A stretch of DNA of 42,509 bases from positions 1 through 42,509 of the forward strand of contig DAIOUH010000002.1 in NCBI GenBank assembly GCA_036751585.1. The letters run 5' to 3'. Below the pieces are notes generated by a model. That model saw only the letters and a list, made by a program, of their open reading frames with translations, did not search any database and had not been told where the DNA came from. Shown in pieces: positions 18,449-28,751 of the stretch (positions are counted from its first letter, which is position 1; every line of letters starts with the position of its first letter). A program made the position numbers and the translations under genes. Source of the DNA: Prevotella sp. Lineage in GTDB: Bacteria > Bacteroidota > Bacteroidia > Bacteroidales > Bacteroidaceae.

Positions 18449-20592
18449 TGAGTGAAAGTGACAATCAAGGACTAATGACTTGGCTTGAAAGGTTGTTTCA
18501 TGTAAGGACATGGGCGGTGTTGGCTTTGTCTATGCTTGCCATGGCCTCCATCGGCGCGTCGGCATCCGGCAAGAAGGCGGCGCGGAAAATCAAGGTGGCT
18601 TGCGTGGGCAACAGCATCACCTACGGCACGGGCATCAAGGACAGGGAGCATTTCTCCTATCCCGTACAACTTCAGAAGATGCTGGGCGACAAGTACGAAG
18701 TTGCCAACTTCGGCAAGCCTGGTGCCACACTGCTGAACCATGGGCATCGCCCGTATATGCGGCAGGAAGAGTTTAGGCAGGCCATGGCCTTCAAGGGCGA
18801 CATCGCCGTCATCCACTTGGGCATCAACGACACGGACCCACGCAACTGGCCAAACTATCGTGATGAGTTCGTGAGAGACTATCTCTCCTTGATGGACTCC
18901 CTGCGCTCCGCCAACCCGAAGGTGCGCTTTATCTTGGCTTGCATGACGCCTATCGCCGACCGCCATCCAAGGTTCATCTCTGGCACCAAGTGTTGGCACG
19001 ACGAGATACAGGAGGCCATCAAGACCGTGGCACGTGTAAGCGGGGCGGAGCTGATTGATTTCCACGCCCCTCTATATCCTTATCCTAACCTGTTGCCCGA
19101 TGCCATACACCCTAACCCTGAGGGGGCTGGCATCTTGGCAAAGACGGTGTATGGAGGCATCACGGGCGACTATGGAGGGTTGAAGTTGCCGTGTGTATAT
19201 ACCGACAACATGGTGTTGCAGCGCGATACGCCTCTCGACATCCACGGCACTGCCAACACGGGAGACAAGGTGACGGTGAGCATAGCCGGGCAAAAGTTGA
19301 CGGCTGTGGCCAACAACCGTGGCGAATGGAGCGTCAAGCTGCAACCTTTGGCAGTGGGCACCGATTACACACTCACCATCCAAGCCGGCAAGCAAAAGAA
19401 GGTGTTTCGCCATGTGGCTGCAGGAGAGGTATGGCTATGCTCAGGGCAATCCAACATGGCGTTTCGCCTCGACCAAGCCGTGACGGGAAAGAGGGACATC
19501 GCGCGTGCCGATGACCCCGACTTGCGCCTCTTCGACATGAAGGGCAGATGGGAAACCTATGATGTGGCATGGCCTGCCTCATGCCTCGACTCGCTCAACC
19601 ACTTGCAGTATTTCGAGAACACCACTTGGAAGCCCTGCACTCCCGAGACTGCCGCCCGCTTCTCCGCCATAGCCTATTATTATGGCAAGATGCTCAGGGA
19701 TAGCTTGAAGGTGCCTGTGGGATTGATATGCAACGCCATAGGCGGAGCACCAACTGAATCGTGGATAGACCGGAACACCTTGGAAACGCGGTTCCCAGCC
19801 ATCTTGAAAGACTGGTTGTACAACGACTTCATCCAACCTTGGGTCAGGGAAAGGGCGGCAAAGAACCTCGCCAACGACACTACCCACTTGGGTCGCCATC
19901 CCTATGAGCCTTGCTATCTTTACGAGAGTGGCATCCTTCCATTGCGGCAATATCCCATCAAGGGCGTGATATGGTATCAAGGCGAGTCCAACGCGCACAA
20001 CATGGAGGCTCACGAGCAGTTGTTCCACCTGTTGGTTGACAGCTGGCGTCACAACTGGAAGAATCCGCGAATGCCATTCTACTTTGTGCAGTTGTCGAGC
20101 CTTAGCCGTCCGTCGTGGACTTGGTTCAGGGACAGCCAGCTACGGTTGATGAAATCCATACCTTATACGGGCATGGCGGTGTCGTCAGACTATGGCGACT
20201 CCCTCAACGTGCATCCTGTCAACAAGCAACCCGTTGGCGAGCGATTGGCGCGCTGGGCCTTGAACAAGACTTATGGTCATGCCGTGACCCCGTCGGGTCC
20301 AATCTTCGAAAGCGTGGCGAGGGAAGGCGATGCGTTGGTCGTGTCGTTCGCCTATGGCGATGGACTTCGCACCTCCGACGGCAAGTCGCCGTCGTGCTTC
20401 GAGATTGCCGAGGAAGACGGTCTCTTTTATCCCGCTCAGGTGAAGATAGATGGCGACAAGGTTAGGCTCACTTGCCCCGAATTGAAGTCGCCGCGATATG
20501 TGAGATACGCTTGGCAACCATTCACCAGGGCCAACTTGGTAAACAAGGACGGCTTGCCAGCATCCACGTTTCGTGGGGAAGTGAAAGATTGA
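18445..20592 (+). CDS. Sialate O-acetylesterase (N-terminal SGNH/GDSL domain plus SASA/DUF303 domain)
   Basis: VACVGNSITYG, LGINDT and DAIHPN (SGNH); DNMVLQR, GEVWLCSGQSNM, GVIWYQGESNA and VHPVNKQPVGERLA (SASA). ATGA overlap with the sialidase stop; true start may be a few codons later. Confidence 0.9.
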   Translation: MMSESDNQGLMTWLERLFHVRTWAVLALSMLAMASIGASASGKKAARKIKVACVGNSITYGTGIKDREHFSYPVQLQKMLGDKYEVANFGKPGATLLNHGHRPYMRQEEFRQAMAFKGDIAVIHLGINDTDPRNWPNYRDEFVRDYLSLMDSLRSANPKVRFILACMTPIADRHPRFISGTKCWHDEIQEAIKTVARVSGAELIDFHAPLYPYPNLLPDAIHPNPEGAGILAKTVYGGITGDYGGLKLPCVYTDNMVLQRDTPLDIHGTANTGDKVTVSIAGQKLTAVANNRGEWSVKLQPLAVGTDYTLTIQAGKQKKVFRHVAAGEVWLCSGQSNMAFRLDQAVTGKRDIARADDPDLRLFDMKGRWETYDVAWPASCLDSLNHLQYFENTTWKPCTPETAARFSAIAYYYGKMLRDSLKVPVGLICNAIGGAPTESWIDRNTLETRFPAILKDWLYNDFIQPWVRERAAKNLANDTTHLGRHPYEPCYLYESGILPLRQYPIKGVIWYQGESNAHNMEAHEQLFHLLVDSWRHNWKNPRMPFYFVQLSSLSRPSWTWFRDSQLRLMKSIPYTGMAVSSDYGDSLNVHPVNKQPVGERLARWALNKTYGHAVTPSGPIFESVAREGDALVVSFAYGDGLRTSDGKSPSCFEIAEEDGLFYPAQVKIDGDKVRLTCPELKSPRYVRYAWQPFTRANLVNKDGLPASTFRGEVKD

Positions 20593-20619
20593 CGCCCCTG
20601 CAAGCCATACTAAACAAAC

Positions 20620-20666
20620 AACGCAAAAGCCGCACGCTCGTAAATCGGGCGTGCGGCTTTTGCGTT
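20620..20666. terminator. Bidirectional intrinsic terminator
   Basis: AACGCAAAAGCCGCACGCTCG-TAAAT-CGGGCGTGCGGCTTTTGCGTT, 21-bp stem between convergent genes. Confidence 0.88.
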
Positions 20667-20684
20667 ATGTTTATATGATGTCTG

Positions 20685-23984
<3,300 letters not shown>

Positions 23985-24005
23985 TTAATTGTTTAGTTTT
24001 CCTTA

Positions 24006-24013
24006 CAAAGATA
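24006..24013 (-). promoter_or_regulatory. -7 promoter box for the beta-galactosidase
   Basis: CAAAGATA on + equals TATCTTTG on -, about 34 nt upstream of the ATG. Confidence 0.6.
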
Positions 24014-24138
24014 TGAAAAAAAAGCCATAGTGGTTTTAGTGAGCTTGTTTTTTTAAGTGATATTAAGGGTTGCGTGACAAATGTGTGGTTAAAAGCGTCA
24101 AACTTGAAAAATAGCGGTGGTAAGTTGGGGAAAAGCAT

Positions 24139-24146
24139 TAATTTTG
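24139..24146 (+). promoter_or_regulatory. -7 promoter box for the esterase gene
   Basis: TAATTTTG about 24 nt upstream of ATG 24170. Confidence 0.6.
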
Positions 24147-24169
24147 CAGTGGTAAAAACAAATTGTATC

Positions 24170-25183
24170 ATGGATAAAGAAAACCCGTTTGTCATACAAT
24201 ACCCCGACCTGATGCAGGGCAAGAAAATAATGTACAACCACGGCTTCAGTTCTTCCGCTGCCTCTGGCACGGTGAAGCTCATCCGCCAGACCTTCCCCAA
24301 CGCCGAGGTGGTGGCTTTCGACATACCCCTCCATCCGGAAGAAGGCCTCTCGCTGTTGAGGGAGAAGGCCGCTGAGGAAAAGCCCGACCTCATCATCGGC
24401 ACGTCGATGGGAGGCATGTACACCGAGATGCTTTACGGCTTCGACCGCATCTGCGTGAATCCCGCCTTTGAGATGGCCAAGACCATGAAAGAGCATGGCA
24501 TGACCGGAAAGCAGGCATGGCAGAACCCGAGGCAAGACGGCGAGACGGAGTTCATGGTGACCAAAGCCTTGGAGAAAGAATACAAGGACGTGACCGACAA
24601 GTGCTTCACCGCCCTTGACGCGATGACGCAAGAAGAGAAGGCGAAGGAGCAGAGCAGGGTGTGGGGACTGTTTGGTGACGAGGACAACCTCGTGGACACT
24701 TGGGACCTCTTCCGTTCCCATTACACCCAGGCCGCCCATTTCCATGGCGCCCATCGCATGGACGACAAGAGCTTCATCGGCGGAGTGGTGCCCGTGATTC
24801 GCTGGATTGACGACCGCCAGGAAGGTCGTGAGCGACAGATAGTGTATATCGACAGCAGCTGCCTTGCCGACGACTACGGCAAGCCACGCGCGAGCTTGCA
24901 GAAGGCCTTTCGCAAGCTGATAGAGAAATACCAAGTCTACATCGTGGAGCCATCGCCGACCAACGAGCATGACAGCTTTGCCGCAAACGCCTCGTGGATA
25001 GAGAAATACCTCTCCACGCCAGCTCACGACCACGTGGTCTACGCCAACCAGAAGCAGTTGCTCTACGGCGACTTCTTCATAGACATGCACCCTGCCGACA
25101 ATCTCCTTGCCACGGCTATACAGCTTGGCAGCGACGAGTTTAAGACTTGGGAGGAAGTGATAACCTATTTCAGCAGGATTTGA
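24170..25183 (+). CDS. YqiA/YcfP-family alpha/beta hydrolase fused to a degenerate 5'(3')-deoxyribonucleotidase-like (HAD) domain
   Basis: HGFSSS, GTSMGG nucleophile elbow, VNPA, GDEDNLV and GAHR; C-terminal QIVYIDSS...QKQLLYGDFFID...GSDEFKTWEEV resembles the NT5C-like HAD fold. Start placed at ATG 24170, after the promoter box. Confidence 0.8.
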   Translation: MDKENPFVIQYPDLMQGKKIMYNHGFSSSAASGTVKLIRQTFPNAEVVAFDIPLHPEEGLSLLREKAAEEKPDLIIGTSMGGMYTEMLYGFDRICVNPAFEMAKTMKEHGMTGKQAWQNPRQDGETEFMVTKALEKEYKDVTDKCFTALDAMTQEEKAKEQSRVWGLFGDEDNLVDTWDLFRSHYTQAAHFHGAHRMDDKSFIGGVVPVIRWIDDRQEGRERQIVYIDSSCLADDYGKPRASLQKAFRKLIEKYQVYIVEPSPTNEHDSFAANASWIEKYLSTPAHDHVVYANQKQLLYGDFFIDMHPADNLLATAIQLGSDEFKTWEEVITYFSRI

Positions 25184-25197
25184 CGCAGGCTCGCCAT

Positions 25198-25321
25198 GAG
25201 TACCAGGAAAATGCCACGCCTTGGTACTCGCAGTACCACGCTTTGGTACTCGCGCTACCACGGTGTGGTATTGACTGTACCACGGTGTGGTATTCACAGT
25301 ACCACGGCGTGGTACTGTCAC
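25198..25321. repeat. 22-bp-period palindromic tandem array (5 units)
   Basis: TGCCACGCCTTGGTACTCGCAG (25212), TACCACGCTTTGGTACTCGCGC (25234), TACCACGGTGTGGTATTGACTG (25256), TACCACGGTGTGGTATTCACAG (25278), TACCACGGCGTGGTACTGTCAC (25300); core TACCAC-N3-GTGGTA; extra half-site GAGTACCA at 25198. Confidence 0.93.
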
Positions 25322-25370
25322 GATTGCCCTGGCGCAATCTTTTTGAGAGGATTGAAGATTATATTGCGGA

Positions 25371-25386
25371 TAATTTTGTAATTTTG
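25371..25386 (+). promoter_or_regulatory. Tandem duplicated -7 promoter box of the rpoN operon
   Basis: TAATTTTG TAATTTTG back-to-back, about 27 nt before ATG 25413. Confidence 0.6.
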
Positions 25387-25412
25387 TGGCATAATCAAGA
25401 CAAGGTTTGCTT

Positions 25413-26057
25413 ATGGCACGAAGGGAAGAATGGCACGATGACTATTGGCTGTTGCTCATACAGCTTTACCTCAAGCAGCCGCAGGGCGTGAAACGCCTCT
25501 ACAGCCGCGCGCTCGTCGACGTGGCGATGGAGCTGCATATCCATCCGGCTCAAATACATCGCCGCTTGTTCAAGCTGCGCCAGATAGACACGCCCCGCCT
25601 GCAACGGCTGTGGGACGAATATGCCGGCAGTCCGGGCAAGTTGCGGCGCGTCATCTCGCTGCTGAGGCAGATGAGCGGCTTTGGCAACGCGCGGGCCTTC
25701 TACGCGGGCGTGGAGGTGAGCGGCTCGTGGGAGCGCGACTTCATGCCCATCGGCATCGGCACGCTGACCCCAGTGAAACTCATCATGATCCTTGACCTCT
25801 ATTTCCGCCTCACGCCAATCACGATGGCTGAGGACACGCCAGAGGTGAAAGACCTCGCCAAGCTCATACGTGAGACGCCACGGCAAGTGGTGGAGGTGAT
25901 GGACGTGTTCCTGGTCTGCGACCCTTATATCAGCCAATACACATCCACCGACTCGCCCCTGCTTGCCTCGTGCGCCGACGTTTGGAAACGATTTGGCACT
26001 GAGGACCCGGAGGTGCTGTCCACGCAAGCCGCACAACTTACAGACTATTTCAAATAA
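25413..26057 (+). CDS. Hypothetical protein with two tandem copies of a helical domain resembling the N-terminus of HNH restriction-type endonucleases (no nuclease domain)
   Basis: Half 1 WHDDYWLLLIQLYLKQP...ALVDVAMELHIHP...IDTP..LQRLWDEY; half 2 LTPVKLIMILDLYFRLTP...PEVKDLAKLIRETP...CDPY...ADVWKRF; stop abuts the rpoN ATG. Confidence 0.75.
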   Translation: MARREEWHDDYWLLLIQLYLKQPQGVKRLYSRALVDVAMELHIHPAQIHRRLFKLRQIDTPRLQRLWDEYAGSPGKLRRVISLLRQMSGFGNARAFYAGVEVSGSWERDFMPIGIGTLTPVKLIMILDLYFRLTPITMAEDTPEVKDLAKLIRETPRQVVEVMDVFLVCDPYISQYTSTDSPLLASCADVWKRFGTEDPEVLSTQAAQLTDYFK

Positions 26058-27566
26058 ATGGCACAGAAACTCATACAAACCCAGACCCAGCAACAGGTTC
26101 AGCAGCAGCGGCTCTCGCAGCAGCAACTGTTGCAGGTGAAGCTCTTGGAGATGCCTCTTGCCGAACTGGAGCAGAGCGTCAGCGCCGAGCTTGACGACAA
26201 CCCCGCCTTGGAGGAGAAGCGTGATGACGACGCGCCGGAGCTTGACAACGTTGGCGGTGAGGACACGGGCGACACCGACGGCGACTCTTATGAGGACAAG
26301 ACCGAGCGCGAGGAGCGTGAGGAAGCCCTCGACAACGCGCTGGAAAACCTGGGCAGCGACGACGAGATGCCGGAGCCTACGCGCGGAGGCTCGCAAGCCG
26401 ACCCCGATGCCGACTACGAGGAGACCGTGTGGGGAGACACCACGTCGTTTTACGACAAGCTGAAGGAGCAAATGGGCGAGACCGAGCTCACCGAGCAGCA
26501 ACGGCAGATCATGGAATATCTCATAGGCTCGCTCGATGGCGACGGGTTGTTGAGGAAGAGCCTTGACGACATCGACGATGAACTGGCGATATACCAAGGC
26601 ATAGACGTGCCGGTGGAGGAGATTGCCAAGGTGCTGCGCATATTGCAATCGTTTGACCCAGCGGGCATCGGCGCGCGCTCCCTGCAAGAGTGCCTCTCGT
26701 TGCAAATAGCCCGAAGGCCCGAGAGCAAGCTCAAGGACATGATGAAAGAGGTCATAGCGCACCATTTCGACGACTTCATAAAGAAGCATTGGGACAAGAT
26801 AGCGCAATCGATGGGTCTCACCGATGACCAAGCCTCCATCGTGCACGACGAGATAAGAAAGCTGAACCCAAAGCCTGGCGCGGCGCTTGGCGAGACGGAA
26901 GGCAGGAGCCTTCAGCAGATAACGCCCGACTTCATCGTCGACACCGATGACGACGGCCACGTGACCTTCACCATCAACGACGGGCGCATACCCGACCTCA
27001 AGGTCTCGCCCTCGTTCACCGAGATGGTAGACACCTACCGCACCAACAAGCAAAACATGAACCGCAAGGAGAAGGAGGCTTTGCTCTACGCCAAGGAGAA
27101 GGTGGACAAGGCGCAAGGCTACATAGAGGCGGTGAAGCAGCGGAGGCACACGCTCAACGTCACGATGAAGGCCATAATAGACTGGCAAAAGAAGTTTTTC
27201 CTGAATGGCGACGAGGCAGACCTCAAGCCCATGAAGCTGAAAGACATTGAAGAGAAGACGGGACTCGACAGCTCGACCATATCGCGCGTGAGCAACATGA
27301 AATACGCCCAGACGCGATGGGGCACGTTCCCGCTGCGTTTCTTCTTCACCGATGGCTACGTCACCAAGGACGGCGAGGAGATGTCGACACGCAAGTTGAA
27401 GTTGGCGCTGAAAGACCTCATTGCCCACGAGGACAAGAGCAAGCCCCTGAGCGACGACGTGCTTGCCAAGGAAATGAAGAAAATGGGCTATCCGCTCGCG
27501 AGGCGCACCGTGGCGAAATATCGTGAGCAACTGGGGTTGCCCGTGGCGAGGCTGCGTAGATGTTAA
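26058..27566 (+). CDS. rpoN: RNA polymerase sigma-54 factor
   Basis: Q-rich region I, ELDDNPALEE, FDPAGIGARSLQECL, STISRV and the RpoN box ARRTVAKYRE. Confidence 0.97.
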   Translation: MAQKLIQTQTQQQVQQQRLSQQQLLQVKLLEMPLAELEQSVSAELDDNPALEEKRDDDAPELDNVGGEDTGDTDGDSYEDKTEREEREEALDNALENLGSDDEMPEPTRGGSQADPDADYEETVWGDTTSFYDKLKEQMGETELTEQQRQIMEYLIGSLDGDGLLRKSLDDIDDELAIYQGIDVPVEEIAKVLRILQSFDPAGIGARSLQECLSLQIARRPESKLKDMMKEVIAHHFDDFIKKHWDKIAQSMGLTDDQASIVHDEIRKLNPKPGAALGETEGRSLQQITPDFIVDTDDDGHVTFTINDGRIPDLKVSPSFTEMVDTYRTNKQNMNRKEKEALLYAKEKVDKAQGYIEAVKQRRHTLNVTMKAIIDWQKKFFLNGDEADLKPMKLKDIEEKTGLDSSTISRVSNMKYAQTRWGTFPLRFFFTDGYVTKDGEEMSTRKLKLALKDLIAHEDKSKPLSDDVLAKEMKKMGYPLARRTVAKYREQLGLPVARLRRC

Positions 27567-27582
27567 CCTGTAAATTGATGAT

Positions 27583-28194
27583 ATGCGAGAAAAAGACATA
27601 ATAATAGCGGCAAGGGCCGTGAGCATGGTGTTCACGCCGTTTTACCTGCCATTGGCAGGCCTGTTGGCGTTGTTCATCTTCAGCTACATGAGCCTCATGC
27701 CACTCTTCTATAAGACCCTGGTGCTGCTGACGGTGTATCTCTTCACCATCCTCCTGCCCACGCTCTTGATTCATGCCTACCGCAACTATCAAGGGTGGTC
27801 GCGCTGGCAACTGGGCAAGCGTGAGAGCCGCATGGTGCCTTATATCATCGCCATCCTCTGCTACACGCTGTGCTATTTCGTGATGAGCTATTTCCACGTG
27901 CCGCAGTTCATGGCAAACATCCTCATTGCGGCATTGCTCATACAGGTGGTTTGCGCCGTGGTCAACGTGTGGTGGAAGATTTCCACGCACACGGCGGCGA
28001 TAGGCGGTTTCGAGGGCGCACTGGTGGCGTTCTCCATACTCTTCGCCTTCAACCCGCTATGGTGGTTTTGCGTCATCCTCGTCATTGCCGGTGGCGTGGG
28101 CACGAGCCGCATGATATTGAGGCAACACTCCTTGTCGCAAGTCGTCACCGGTTTCCTGTCGGGAACGGTGATAGGCTTTTGGGCGATAATTTAA
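27583..28194 (+). CDS. Conserved membrane protein, PAP2-superfamily-like
   Basis: About 7 hydrophobic segments; WKISTH and SRMILRQH motifs; position between rpoN and purE. Confidence 0.75.
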   Translation: MREKDIIIAARAVSMVFTPFYLPLAGLLALFIFSYMSLMPLFYKTLVLLTVYLFTILLPTLLIHAYRNYQGWSRWQLGKRESRMVPYIIAILCYTLCYFVMSYFHVPQFMANILIAALLIQVVCAVVNVWWKISTHTAAIGGFEGALVAFSILFAFNPLWWFCVILVIAGGVGTSRMILRQHSLSQVVTGFLSGTVIGFWAII

Positions 28195-28244
28195 TGACAA
28201 ATAACGAAAAACAAAGATTAACGATATAATATATAATAAACAGT

Positions 28245-28751
28245 ATGAAGCCGTTAGTTAGTATTATCATGGGTTCCACAAGCGACCTTCCAGTGATGGA
28301 GAAAGCTTGCAAATGGCTTGAGGAACAGGAGATTCCCTTTGAGATGAACGCCCTTTCCGCCCACCGCACACCCGATGCCGTGGAGCAGTTTGCCAAAGGA
28401 GCCAAGGCTCGTGGCGTGAAGGTCATCATCGCCGGCGCTGGCATGGCTGCCGCCTTGCCAGGCGTGATAGCGGCGTCTACGCCACTGCCCGTCATTGGCG
28501 TGCCAATCAAGGGCATGCTCGATGGCTTGGATGCCATGCTCTCCATCATCCAGATGCCTCCTGGGATTCCAGTGGCTACGGTGGGAGTGAACGGAGCGCA
28601 AAACGCGGCTATCCTCGCCGCCGAGATGATGGCTTTGGGCGATGAGGCCATTGCCAAGAAGGTGGATGCATGGAAAGCCGGACTGGGCAAGAAGATAGAA
28701 AAGGCCAACGCCGACTTGGCTTCCATAAAGGACTATAAATTCAAGTGCTGA
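28245..28751 (+). CDS. purE: N5-carboxyaminoimidazole ribonucleotide mutase
   Basis: [32 protein letters not shown] and [11 protein letters not shown]. Confidence 0.97.
   Translation: MKPLVSIIMGSTSDLPVMEKACKWLEEQEIPFEMNALSAHRTPDAVEQFAKGAKARGVKVIIAGAGMAAALPGVIAASTPLPVIGVPIKGMLDGLDAMLSIIQMPPGIPVATVGVNGAQNAAILAAEMMALGDEAIAKKVDAWKAGLGKKIEKANADLASIKDYKFKC

Noticed and set aside
25198..25321. Possible mini-CRISPR, or small ORFs 25196-25381 / 25147-25491
   Set aside because: Variable linkers are only about 7 nt, and the ORFs merely translate the repeat with no coding signal.
24098..25321. 407-aa minus-strand ORF starting in the repeat array
   Set aside because: Antisense to the esterase gene; its N-terminus is translated repeat and no family motifs are seen.
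25329..25346. Sigma-54 -24/-12 promoter for rpoN autoregulation (TGGCGC...)
   Set aside because: The required TTGC at -12 is absent at the correct spacing; other TGGCA hits nearby also fail.
25395..27635. 746-aa minus-strand ORF
   Set aside because: Antisense shadow of rpoN and its upstream gene; no motifs, and explained by codon bias of the sense genes.
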